Part shown: positions 28,099 through 37,261 of the stretch, in pieces
Layout of the letters: the number at the start of each line of letters is the position of its first letter
Position numbering within the stretch: the stretch's first letter is position 1
NCBI GenBank assembly: GCA_051646985.1
Contig: JBOFDL010000084.1
Coordinates: 1-46,001, forward strand
Length of the DNA: 46,001 bases
Direction of reading: 5' to 3'
DNA from: Bacteroidales bacterium
GTDB taxonomy: Bacteria; Bacteroidota; Bacteroidia; Bacteroidales; UBA932
Made by a program: the position numbers and the translations under genes
The notes under the pieces: generated by a model
What the model was told of the DNA's origin: nothing
Database searches by the model: none
The model's input: only the letters and a program-made list of their open reading frames with translations

Positions 28099-29628
28099 CT
28101 AAAATTGAAAATAAATAAAAGGTTGCAAGTCTGCTGATGAGGCTTGATACAAAAAGAATAAAATACAAATAACAAAACAAACTTTAAAAATATCAGGCAT
28201 CTTAAGAAATAAATAACGATACCAATATTTGATATTTTGTGGTAAAAAGTGAATAACGTAAGCCGCGACAATAAGTCCAAATATAAGAGCGTAACCATCT
28301 ATTATAGATGGAATAATACTTAAATAGAATTGTTGAAAAAGAGCAGTAATCAGAGAAAATGCAGTGTGCATATCTTCTGCCCGAAAAAATATCCATGCAA
28401 AACTTACAAAGTGGAACGTAAAAAAAGCAGTAAGCAATCGAGGCGCTTTAATTTCCTTAAAACGCAATGGTAAATACTCTAGCCAAATACGATGCAATAC
28501 CAATGCTACTCCATGCAATGCACCCCAAATTATAAATTTATAACTAGCACCATGCCACAAACCTCCCAATAACATAGTAATTATCAAGTTAATATAGGTG
28601 CGAATTTTCCCTTTTCTATTACCGCCTAGCGATATATACAGGTAGTCGCGCAACCATGCGGATAAGGAAATATGCCAACGTCGCCAAAAATCAGTAATAT
28701 TTATAGCTTTGTAAGGAGAATTAAAGTTAATTGGCAAATGAAATCCGAGTAATTGCGCTACTCCAATAGCAATATCAGTATAGCCAGAAAAATCGCAGTA
28801 AATTTGAATAGTATATCCATATATTCCCATCAAAATCTCAAATCCTGAATATAGGGAAGGGTCATCAAAAATCCGGTCAACAAAATTGAGTGAAATATAG
28901 TCAGAGATAATTACTTTTTTCACTAATCCATTCATTATCAAAAATATGGCAGCCCACATTTGATGACGAGTAAGACTATATTTTTGATAAATTTGAGGAA
29001 TAAACTCCGATGCTCGAACAATAGGACCGGCAACAAGTTGAGGAAAAAATGACACGTAAAAGGCAAAGTCAGCAAAATTATTTATTGGCTTCAATTTTCT
29101 TCGATAAACATCAATGGTATAACTGAGGACTTGGAATGTATAAAATGAAATTCCTACAGGCAAAATAAGATTATGTATCTCAAATTTTTCGCCCCCCAAC
29201 AGCAGATTGATAGATTGCGAGAAAATATTGCTTACCGTAATTTCTATATCAAAAAAATCGCTTAAAAATTCAGCAATAAAATAGGCATATTTAAAGTAAG
29301 CCAACAACCCTAAATTGATACAAATACTAAGAGTAAGCAAAAAGATTCGTGCAAATTTCCGAGGATGTGTATGAATTATTTTGGCAATACGAAAATCCAA
29401 CGATGTTGAGAACAAAAGAAGTAAAAAATAGGCTCCACTTGATTTGTAATAAAAAAAAAGACTAAAAATCAAAAGATATATGCTCTTCGTAAGGTGTTGC
29501 TTCTCGTATACAAAGATGTATCCAAACATCAGTATCGCAAAAAAAATCCAAAAGGATAATTGGGTGAAAATAATAGCCGTATCATCGCTATAGGTAAAAA
29601 CAGACTCAAGTATATTGAGAATATCCAT
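28099..29628 (-). CDS. MBOAT family O-acyltransferase (AlgI/PatA/DltB-like)
   Basis: 509 aa polytopic membrane protein with the signature FWRRWHISLSAWLRDYLYISLGGNR (conserved His). Confidence 0.9.
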   Translation of the reverse strand: MDILNILESVFTYSDDTAIIFTQLSFWIFFAILMFGYIFVYEKQHLTKSIYLLIFSLFFYYKSSGAYFLLLLFSTSLDFRIAKIIHTHPRKFARIFLLTLSICINLGLLAYFKYAYFIAEFLSDFFDIEITVSNIFSQSINLLLGGEKFEIHNLILPVGISFYTFQVLSYTIDVYRRKLKPINNFADFAFYVSFFPQLVAGPIVRASEFIPQIYQKYSLTRHQMWAAIFLIMNGLVKKVIISDYISLNFVDRIFDDPSLYSGFEILMGIYGYTIQIYCDFSGYTDIAIGVAQLLGFHLPINFNSPYKAINITDFWRRWHISLSAWLRDYLYISLGGNRKGKIRTYINLIITMLLGGLWHGASYKFIIWGALHGVALVLHRIWLEYLPLRFKEIKAPRLLTAFFTFHFVSFAWIFFRAEDMHTAFSLITALFQQFYLSIIPSIIDGYALIFGLIVAAYVIHFLPQNIKYWYRYLFLKMPDIFKVCFVICILFFLYQASSADLQPFIYFQF

Positions 29629-29637
29629 ATCCTTGTT

Positions 29638-31176
29638 CTAGTTTTGTTGGGATGAAATTTCTGTATTTTTCGCCTCTTCTTGTTCCGCTAAATACCAATA
29701 GAATTCTTGCATTAGTGCACGATGCAATAATTCTCCCATTAATGTAGCTCCATCCCCACTAAAATGGCAAAAGTCTTTTGATGCGAGTGCCGGTTTTGTA
29801 TATGCCCATGAAATCATCGAACTTCGTCCTCCCATGGCTTTATAACTATCCCAAAATGCACAACCTGCTCGAAAGGCTGCACGTTTTTGAGCATCACGAA
29901 TACGTTCTATATTAGGATATGATGCCAATGCTCCATTCACGCGTCGCGCCATATCTGCTACTCCGACTACTAAAATGTGAATGTCAGGTTGTAGTTTTTT
30001 AAAATACACTAATTGCTGGTAAAGTTGCTCTTCATAAAAACTATAATTGTTTACTATACGAGGCACAATATTTGTTCCAAATTGAAATATAAGTAGTTTT
30101 ACTTTTGATAGTTCTAAACTCTGTTTTAAGGTTTTAGGCTCTGCCTTTTTAAAGTCCACTCCTGAACTACTACGAAGAGGAACATTATCTAATGATATGC
30201 CAAAAGGATAATCCAATGAAAGTCCACATAATGTAAATGGTCCACCAGAAAATGACAAGGTCAAATTTTCCGTATTCGCACCTATTTTAACTTCAACTAA
30301 CTGAAGTGAATTTTTAGGCACAATTGATTTTTCATACAAAAGTCGTGTTGGAGTATTTACTTCAACTGAAACAGGTGTCCCTTGAGTTTTAATAAGCATT
30401 CTTACAAGTGAAAATCGCAAAGGCGGATAGTTTCTCAAATTTCTGCGATTAATCTTTATCCAAGTTGGTCTATTTGTCGCAGGTGTGACTGACACACTTG
30501 AGAGTAAATGTCCAGTTAGAATTTGGGCTGTTTTCTTATATTTAATCATTGCTGTCGAATGCTGCCAATCATTCGACATTGAAACTCGAACAGTAGGATT
30601 AATCGGGATATGAGGATTTAATGCAAAGGAACCAATTCCGCCTCCACCAAAATCCTTTTGAAGCGCCTGTCTAATATACAAACTCATCCTATCTGCCTCT
30701 AACTGTGAGTCTCCATAATGCACTATTCTGAAGGAATTACGAGTTTTAGGTAAATTTTGCAATTGTAACATTAATGGAGAGAATATATGATAATTATCAT
30801 CAGGATATTCAAATGCCTGAATGGGCAACTCTCGAATATCATCCACAGTACAAGGCGAAGGAAGTGCCGATTGCATATCTTGCTCCTGTAAGGGTTCTGA
30901 TAAAAAAAATCCTCGTTCGCTACAATCTACAGAAATAATGTGATGCTCACTCGGATTAATATTAAGCAATTCTTCAATATGTGGAAGATTAATAGTATAA
31001 CGAGAAAAAACTTTTACCTCTATGGATGAAAAAAAATGTGATAATATTAAAAATATAAAACCAATCGAGGAAAGTAAGGCTAAGATGAAAGTTGGATGTA
31101 CTAAACTTCCATCCGCCCCTACAAAAAAATCCTTTAGTCGAAATCGTTGGATTGCTTGATGTAAAATGGCAATCAT
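29638..31176 (-). CDS. Membrane-anchored SGNH/GDSL-fold hydrolase/acyltransferase, putative partner of the MBOAT protein
   Basis: 512 aa with one N-terminal TM helix. SGNH blocks are I = IVHYGDSQ (Ser codon at 30706-30708), III = FQFGTN and V = DFCHF (DxxH). Confidence 0.65.
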   Translation of the reverse strand: MIAILHQAIQRFRLKDFFVGADGSLVHPTFILALLSSIGFIFLILSHFFSSIEVKVFSRYTINLPHIEELLNINPSEHHIISVDCSERGFFLSEPLQEQDMQSALPSPCTVDDIRELPIQAFEYPDDNYHIFSPLMLQLQNLPKTRNSFRIVHYGDSQLEADRMSLYIRQALQKDFGGGGIGSFALNPHIPINPTVRVSMSNDWQHSTAMIKYKKTAQILTGHLLSSVSVTPATNRPTWIKINRRNLRNYPPLRFSLVRMLIKTQGTPVSVEVNTPTRLLYEKSIVPKNSLQLVEVKIGANTENLTLSFSGGPFTLCGLSLDYPFGISLDNVPLRSSSGVDFKKAEPKTLKQSLELSKVKLLIFQFGTNIVPRIVNNYSFYEEQLYQQLVYFKKLQPDIHILVVGVADMARRVNGALASYPNIERIRDAQKRAAFRAGCAFWDSYKAMGGRSSMISWAYTKPALASKDFCHFSGDGATLMGELLHRALMQEFYWYLAEQEEAKNTEISSQQN

Positions 31177-31180
31177 AATA

Positions 31181-32689
31181 CTAGTTCACCTTTTTGATTT
31201 TAAGAATTTGTCCTGGCACAAGCGCAGATTGTATATTCATATTATTGAGAGTCAAGATATCTTTTTGGGTAACGCCCATATAGGCAAATTGCTTTGAAAT
31301 AGCCCATAAACTATCTCCTTTACGAATTTTATAATACAAAAAACCATTTTTTGTAATAGTTTGTGATTTTTCTATTGGCGTTTTAGTAGCAAATAATTGT
31401 GCCTTATTCCCTTTTATATAAATATGTAGGCGTTGTCCTGCTCTTATCATATTACTTCGTAGGCCATTCCATGATTTTAGATCCTGTACCCTCACTCCAT
31501 ATTTAGATGCAATGGAGCCTAACGTTTCCCCCGATTGAACTCGATAATTTATTTTTTCTTTTCCCGATGGTACATAAGCCGTAAATTCTGCTGGGGCAGC
31601 CATTGCTTTGGGATTATACTCCTCTGCTCGAAAAAGGGCGATTTCTTTCTCATTAAGTAAATACTTATCTATATATCGAGAAGGCAACTTTAAGGTATGA
31701 GTTCTCTCATTTCCAGGCACAATGTTTCGTCGAAATTGAGGATTCAATGTACGTAGTTCTTGTTTTGAAATACCTAGTACTGCAGAAATCTGGTCAAAAT
31801 GCATCCACTGATTTACTCGAATTGTGTCGTAATCAAAAAACTTCCGAAAATCATACTGTGCTGGCTTAAGATGATGTTCTTTTGCATAATTCATCATATA
31901 AGTAGCTCCAATAAATGCAGGAACATAACCTCGTGTTTCTCTAGGTAAATAATTATAGATTCCCCAAAAATCTTTACGACCTCCTGATCTTCGAATTGCT
32001 TTATTTACATTCCCAGAACCACAATTATAGGCTGCAAGGGCTAAAGCCCAATCTCCAAACATATTGTACAAGTCGCGCAAATGTTTTGCTGCGGCATGAG
32101 TAGATGCAATAGGGTCACAACGGTCATCAATCGTTGAGGTTACATTAAGTCCATACATACGTCCTGTAGCATACATAAATTGCCATAATCCTGTCGCTTT
32201 TGCTCGGGAGACTGCAACTGGATTAAGTGCAGATTCAATAACCGCCAAGTATTTGATTTCATGAGGCATTCCATATTGATCTAAAATCTGTTCAAATAAA
32301 GGGAAGTAATATTCGGACAATCCTAATATTTCTTGTGATTTTATTCGTTTTTTATCTGTATAAAGCTTGATATAACTCCGAACAATACTATTAAATGGCA
32401 AATCAATGACCGTATGTAAGCGACGTAAGCGTAAGATATAAATAGAGTCTGAAACAACTGGAGGAAGCATAGGCTCTCCTGCAATTTCTTCAACCTCAAC
32501 ATCTACTTGTAATACATCCTCATCTCCATTATCTTCTGTTTCTGGCTCTAGATTATTTTCAATAGGTTTTGTCAAAATTGCATTTTTTGCATAATTAAGA
32601 GGTCCTCGACCTCGTGTATTATCCGCTAATACCATATGGGTGGTACTACAAAAAAGTAATAATAGAAATGCAAAATGCTTATCAGTCAT
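31181..32689 (-). CDS. Lytic murein transglycosylase (SLT family 1, MltD-like) with two C-terminal LysM domains
   Basis: Contains the AVIESALNP...ATGLWQFM...AYNCGSGNV SLT motifs. Two LysM repeats are present (YRVQSGETLGSIASKYGV..., YKIRKGDSLWAISKQF...). The ORF-track start at 32701 is TTG; the first ATG (32689) gives MTDKHFAFLLLLFC..., a signal peptide. Confidence 0.85.
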   Translation of the reverse strand: MTDKHFAFLLLLFCSTTHMVLADNTRGRGPLNYAKNAILTKPIENNLEPETEDNGDEDVLQVDVEVEEIAGEPMLPPVVSDSIYILRLRRLHTVIDLPFNSIVRSYIKLYTDKKRIKSQEILGLSEYYFPLFEQILDQYGMPHEIKYLAVIESALNPVAVSRAKATGLWQFMYATGRMYGLNVTSTIDDRCDPIASTHAAAKHLRDLYNMFGDWALALAAYNCGSGNVNKAIRRSGGRKDFWGIYNYLPRETRGYVPAFIGATYMMNYAKEHHLKPAQYDFRKFFDYDTIRVNQWMHFDQISAVLGISKQELRTLNPQFRRNIVPGNERTHTLKLPSRYIDKYLLNEKEIALFRAEEYNPKAMAAPAEFTAYVPSGKEKINYRVQSGETLGSIASKYGVRVQDLKSWNGLRSNMIRAGQRLHIYIKGNKAQLFATKTPIEKSQTITKNGFLYYKIRKGDSLWAISKQFAYMGVTQKDILTLNNMNIQSALVPGQILKIKKVN

Positions 32690-32701
32690 TGTAGGTAACA
32701 A

Positions 32702-33292
32702 TTAAAATTTAATGCTTAGATTTACTCCTAAGGCTGTTTGACTTCCATACTTTGCATATTCTATGCCGTCAACATACGGCTGAATTTTGAATGAAAGGTC
32801 ATTACTAATATCATAAGTAAAAAAATGTGCATCAACTGTGGCATCAACAATATTTATAACATAGAATAATGCCGTAAGAATGATAAAAAAATCTCTATCG
32901 CGACGATATGCATTTTTATAAAATTGTAATTGATTTAAGGCTGTATTACGAAATTGCAAGGGAATATTTGCTTCGAGAGCTTCGTATAATTCCGTATAAT
33001 TTGGTAAACTTTGATCCAAAATTTGCATTTTATATTTATTAGAATACGCATCAAGATAAAGTTTATATCGAAAGTTATTACTTTGTATTAAGTAACCAAA
33101 CGTGGCAAATCCTGCATAAATAAAAGGAATTTTCCAATATCTCTCATTATACGCTTGTCCCAAACCCGGCAAGAGCGTGGAAAACAAGGCTGCTTTTGAG
33201 GGCGAATGGGCTACAGTATCTTGCCGCTGTGATTGCCCTTTCATATATAGTACAAACAACGATGCAATCAGCAAAATAGTTTTGACTTTCAC
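32702..33292 (-). CDS. DUF5683-like protein (conserved Bacteroidota protein downstream of parB)
   Basis: 196 aa with a signal peptide. The LLPGLGQAYNERYWKIPFIYAGF motif matches my recollection of DUF5683. The start codon is GTG (plus strand CAC at 33290-33292), and the only downstream ATG would delete the signal peptide. Confidence 0.6.
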   Translation of the reverse strand: MKVKTILLIASLFVLYMKGQSQRQDTVAHSPSKAALFSTLLPGLGQAYNERYWKIPFIYAGFATFGYLIQSNNFRYKLYLDAYSNKYKMQILDQSLPNYTELYEALEANIPLQFRNTALNQLQFYKNAYRRDRDFFIILTALFYVINIVDATVDAHFFTYDISNDLSFKIQPYVDGIEYAKYGSQTALGVNLSIKF

Positions 33293-33311
33293 TCCTTATT
33301 ACTTAATTAAA

Positions 33312-34235
33312 TCAATGCAATTTTTTCAATTTTTCAATCGTATCAACTATACCTTTATCTGTCTTTATATCCAATGTAAGTTTAGCGCCCCCACTTATGC
33401 CTCGTTTAATATTCACTTTACTATTAAAACATCTTTGCATCTCTTCTGCTAATTGAAAAAACGCCTCTGAAAGTCGCTCGTCGGTTTCCTCTGATTCATT
33501 TTGCCTTAACTTATCTACTTTAATTTTTCCACCGTCCTTCACGAGTTCTTCGACTTGCCTAACAGACAAGTGTTTTTCAATAATTTTCTGTGCAAGTTTT
33601 TTTTGTGCCTCTACATCATCTAAACTAATAAGGGCTCGAGCATGTCCCATTGAGATTGTTTGTTCTCTAATAGAATGCTGGATTTGTTCGGGCAGTTTTA
33701 GCAGTCGCATGTAATTTGCTACAGTTGAACGCTTCTGTCCTACTTGTTTTGCGACCTCTTCTTGCGTTAAATTATACTCTGTGAGCAAAAGTTGATAGCC
33801 TATTGCAATCTCCATGGCATCAAGGTCTTTACGCTGTACATTTTCTACCATTGCCATAAGTTGCCTATCACGATCATTTACATCTCTAACGTAGACTGGC
33901 ACCGTTTTTAACTTAACCATACGAGACGCTCGCCAACGTCGCTCACCACTAATTATTTGATACTTATTATTTCCTGATGGACGCACTACAATTGGCTGAA
34001 TAATTCCCAATTCTTTTATGGAATTTGCTAACTCTGCGAGTTGCTCTTCATCAAAATTGACACGAGGTTGACTAGGATTAGGTTCAATTTCATCTAATGG
34101 GATTTCCTTGACTAAATCTGATTTAACATTGACTGGCATTTCAGTTAATGCTCCAACGTTCTCCGCGGAAATTCCTTTTGCCCCGAGTAATACATCTAAG
34201 CCTCTTCCCAAGCGTTTTGGAGGTTGTTTTGCCAT
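33312..34235 (-). CDS. parB: Chromosome partitioning protein ParB (Spo0J)
   Basis: 307 aa with the ParB box ISGERRWRASR, an HTH (EEVAKQVGQKRSTVANYMRLL) and an N-terminal RGLDVLL motif. Confidence 0.92.
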   Translation of the reverse strand: MAKQPPKRLGRGLDVLLGAKGISAENVGALTEMPVNVKSDLVKEIPLDEIEPNPSQPRVNFDEEQLAELANSIKELGIIQPIVVRPSGNNKYQIISGERRWRASRMVKLKTVPVYVRDVNDRDRQLMAMVENVQRKDLDAMEIAIGYQLLLTEYNLTQEEVAKQVGQKRSTVANYMRLLKLPEQIQHSIREQTISMGHARALISLDDVEAQKKLAQKIIEKHLSVRQVEELVKDGGKIKVDKLRQNESEETDERLSEAFFQLAEEMQRCFNSKVNIKRGISGGAKLTLDIKTDKGIVDTIEKLKKLH

Positions 34236-34242
34236 AGATTTC

Positions 34243-35037
34243 TTAGAATTGTTTTTCGTTATTATTAATTAAAGTTGCCTCATTGCGTTGCAAGAATTCG
34301 CGCGCTAAATTCATATATGCAGCACTTCCTGCACACTGAGCATCATACAATATAACTGGTTTTCCGTGCGATGGGGACTCACTCAATTTCACATTACGAG
34401 CTATCATGGTGTCAAATGCCATTGAGCCAAAGTGAGTGCGTACATCTTCCACTACCTGATTGGCAAGATTGCTATGCAAATACATTGTGAGCAAGAAGCC
34501 TTCAATTCCCAATGTAGGATTAAGATGGCTTTGTACAGTTTTTATTGTATTTAATAATTTGCTTAATCCATCAAGTGCAAAGAACTCACATTGTATTGGA
34601 ATTAGTACAGAATCTGCTGCGGCTAATGCATTAAGAGCTATCAAACCTAATGAAGGAAGACAGTCTATAAATATATAATCATAATCATTTTGTAATTTGC
34701 TAATGATGCCTCTCATTTGCAAGTCACGATTTTGCATATCGACTAATTCCAATTCCGCTCCAACAAGGTCCACTCTTGATGGCAACAAGTGTAAAGTTTT
34801 GAGTTCTGTTTGCAAAATTGCTTCTCGTGGCTCGAGATTATCTACCAGGCATTCATAGATAGTTGCTTGTACCTTTTTCTCATAAAAACCAAGTCCAGTA
34901 GTTGCATTTGCCTGAGGATCTGCATCAATGATAAGAACTCGCTTTTCAAGAACAGCTAAACTCGCCGCTAAATTAATTGCCGTTGTGGTTTTTCCTACTC
35001 CACCTTTTTGGTTTGCAATTGCGATAATTTTTGCCAT
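34243..35037 (-). CDS. parA: Chromosome partitioning ATPase ParA (Soj)
   Basis: 264 aa with the deviant Walker A motif NQKGGVGKTTTAINLA. It sits immediately upstream of parB. Confidence 0.93.
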   Translation of the reverse strand: MAKIIAIANQKGGVGKTTTAINLAASLAVLEKRVLIIDADPQANATTGLGFYEKKVQATIYECLVDNLEPREAILQTELKTLHLLPSRVDLVGAELELVDMQNRDLQMRGIISKLQNDYDYIFIDCLPSLGLIALNALAAADSVLIPIQCEFFALDGLSKLLNTIKTVQSHLNPTLGIEGFLLTMYLHSNLANQVVEDVRTHFGSMAFDTMIARNVKLSESPSHGKPVILYDAQCAGSAAYMNLAREFLQRNEATLINNNEKQF

Positions 35038-35159
35038 TTTTTATTGTATTTTTAGTAGCATACTAGAGTACGCAGAATATCTTGCAAGTATAGTAATAAA
35101 ACTCCAACTTTTTCCTCTTTTTTTTTTAACAAGTCTAAAATCTCTAAATGTTTTATACC

Positions 35160-35190
35160 TTTGCAGACTTGATTATTGTTAATAACTTTG
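35160..35190 (+). promoter_or_regulatory. Candidate full Bacteroidota promoter: -33 TTTG (35160-35163), 19 bp spacer, -7 TAACTTTG (35183-35190)
   Basis: This is the only site in the window where I can read both the -33 and -7 elements at consensus spacing. It lies 13 nt upstream of the lipid kinase ATG (35204). An alternative box TACCTTTG at 35156-35163 overlaps the -33 element. Confidence 0.5.
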
Positions 35191-35203
35191 TTAATTTTTT
35201 AAT

Positions 35204-36160
35204 ATGGAGTTGATACCGCAATTGTCTCGTTGGATGGTGATTGTTAATCCTAAAGCAGGTCGTGGACATGGTCTACAGGACTGGCCGACAATATCGAATC
35301 GCTTAAACCTTAATGGAATTGACTTTACGTGTGTGTTTACCGAAAAGAAGTTTCACGCTGTGGAACTTACGGTAAAAGCGATTAATGACGGCTTTCGAAA
35401 AATCATTATTGTTGGAGGCGATGGTACAGTCAACGAAGTTGTTAATGGCCTTTTTATTCAAAAAAAAGTGGAACCAAAGGAAATAACTATCTCCGTAGTG
35501 CCTGTAGGTACAGGAAACGATTGGGTGCGTATGCTTGGGATTCCTCGCACCTATATCGATGCTGTTGAAAGCATTAAATACGAGCGCACAATTTTGCAAG
35601 ATGTAGGAAAAATCACATTTGAAGAGTCACGTGTTCGTCAAGTACGCTATATGGCAAACGTTGCCGGAATAGCATTTGATGCTATGGTGAACCGCGCTTT
35701 TAATCAACTTAAAGCCGCGGGAAAAAGAGGAAAGAATTTGTATTTACTTAGTGCTTTATTAACGCTCTTTCGCTATAAATCGAAACGATTTATTGTTCAT
35801 GTTGACAATAAGTTATTGTTTGATGGGAAATTATTTAGTGGAGTTATCGGAGTCGGAAAATATAATGGTGGAGGTATGTTGCAAATGCCTGCCGCAATTA
35901 TGAATGATGGACTTATGGACATTACACTTATTCGCAAAATGAGTTTTTATAGGTTTGCAACGAATTTTAAACGCTTATACTCTGGCACAATTTATGATTT
36001 TTATAAAGTTATTGCAACGCAAGGAAAACAACTTAGAATTGTTTCCTACCCAACATCTCCGATTGAAATTGATGGCGAAGCTTATGGTTACTCGCCTTTT
36101 GAATTTGATATTATACCACATTGCATAAAAGTGGTTGTAGGGAAAAATTTTAAGGCTTAA
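35204..36160 (+). CDS. Diacylglycerol kinase catalytic-domain lipid kinase (YegS/BmrU family)
   Basis: 318 aa with IIVGGDGTVNEVVNG and the PVGTGNDW motif. Confidence 0.85.
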   Translation: MELIPQLSRWMVIVNPKAGRGHGLQDWPTISNRLNLNGIDFTCVFTEKKFHAVELTVKAINDGFRKIIIVGGDGTVNEVVNGLFIQKKVEPKEITISVVPVGTGNDWVRMLGIPRTYIDAVESIKYERTILQDVGKITFEESRVRQVRYMANVAGIAFDAMVNRAFNQLKAAGKRGKNLYLLSALLTLFRYKSKRFIVHVDNKLLFDGKLFSGVIGVGKYNGGGMLQMPAAIMNDGLMDITLIRKMSFYRFATNFKRLYSGTIYDFYKVIATQGKQLRIVSYPTSPIEIDGEAYGYSPFEFDIIPHCIKVVVGKNFKA

Positions 36161-36178
36161 TCTTCATCGGGATAAGGG

Positions 36179-37261
36179 TTAATTAGACTCTATTGATAAA
36201 TACTTAAAAGAAGAAACATTGAGGCTCTCTAAAAATGCAGTAATAACCCGAGGCATAGGATATTTAGACAATTGGATTGAGGGAATTAATTTATAGTTAT
36301 TAAGTGCTATTGAAACTTCTCTGACTTTAATGATGTAGAAAATAATATGCAATTCCTGATGACTCAGCGTGTGTTTAATCAATGGAGATGTATAAAGAAT
36401 CTCTATACTTTGTCGTGCAAATAAGGTTTTCCATTCATCATTTTCTTGAAGATTTTTTAATGTTGTATTTTTTGTCGTTTCGATATATGGAAATTCATAA
36501 AGAGAATGCCAAATATCTTTTAACACTCTTTGCTGAATAAAAGTGTCTCTTTTATATAAAGGAATTAGATACGAAAAATACCGTCTTCGTATTTTTGTTT
36601 TTTTTTCTTTAATGGGTAGACTATTTACCATATCATTTTTATAAGCGTAGCAGTCTTTTTGTATTGGACAAAGTACACACATTGTTTTTTGGGGAGTACA
36701 TAATGTTGCACCAAACTCCATAATTGCTTGATTAAAGAGACCTGGCTTTCTAGTATCTAGATGACTCAGAGCAGTAGCATAGATTTGCTTTTGTCCACTT
36801 GAAGTATTAACAGGGGTGAATATGCCAAATACTCGTGCAATTACGCGATGTACATTACCATCTACGGCAGGACGTGGAATGCCAAATGCAAATGCGCCGA
36901 TAGCAGAAGCAGTATAATCACCAATACCTTTTAGAGAGCGAAGTCCTTCATAGGTATTTGGAAACTCTCCATTGAATTCAGAAATTATTTGTTTTGCTGC
37001 AAGATGCATATTTCGAGCCCTTGTATAATATCCTAGTCCTTGCCATACGATCATTACCTCATCCAGAGGAGCGGCCGCCAAATGTGCTAGCGTAGGAAAA
37101 CGTCGGAGAAACCGATGATAATAATCAAGTCCTTGTACTACTCGAGTTTGTTGTAAAATGACCTCTGAAACCCAAATAGGATAGGGCTCAGAGGTATTAC
37201 GCCAAGGAAGTTCTCGCTTATGTTCATTGTACCATTCGATAATGGTTTTTGCGAAATGCAT
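36179..37261 (-). CDS. mutY: A/G-specific adenine DNA glycosylase MutY
   Basis: 360 aa with the HhH-GPD element (LKGIGDYTASAI). It has the 4Fe-4S cluster loop CTPQKTMCVLCPIQKDC (C-x6-C-x2-C-x5-C) and a C-terminal NUDIX-like domain. Confidence 0.9.
   Translation of the reverse strand: MHFAKTIIEWYNEHKRELPWRNTSEPYPIWVSEVILQQTRVVQGLDYYHRFLRRFPTLAHLAAAPLDEVMIVWQGLGYYTRARNMHLAAKQIISEFNGEFPNTYEGLRSLKGIGDYTASAIGAFAFGIPRPAVDGNVHRVIARVFGIFTPVNTSSGQKQIYATALSHLDTRKPGLFNQAIMEFGATLCTPQKTMCVLCPIQKDCYAYKNDMVNSLPIKEKKTKIRRRYFSYLIPLYKRDTFIQQRVLKDIWHSLYEFPYIETTKNTTLKNLQENDEWKTLFARQSIEILYTSPLIKHTLSHQELHIIFYIIKVREVSIALNNYKLIPSIQLSKYPMPRVITAFLESLNVSSFKYLSIESN

Noticed and set aside
32690-32701. Transglycosylase start at 32701, abutting the upstream stop codon.
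   Set aside because: That codon is TTG. An ATG four codons downstream starts a normal signal peptide. The TTG start cannot be excluded, but it is less likely.
35038-35203. Replication origin next to parAB (AT-rich spacer with a T10 run).
   Set aside because: There is no cluster of DnaA boxes. I found only isolated 8/9 matches to TTATCCACA, and they are inside genes (CTATCCACA at 25147-25155 and its complement at 10166-10174). No dnaA or dnaN gene is nearby.
35350-35366. parS-like sequence GTTTCACGCTGTGGAAC near parA.
   Set aside because: Only the left half-site matches the GTTTCACGTGAAAC-type consensus. The right half is not its inverted repeat, and the sequence lies inside the lipid kinase coding region.
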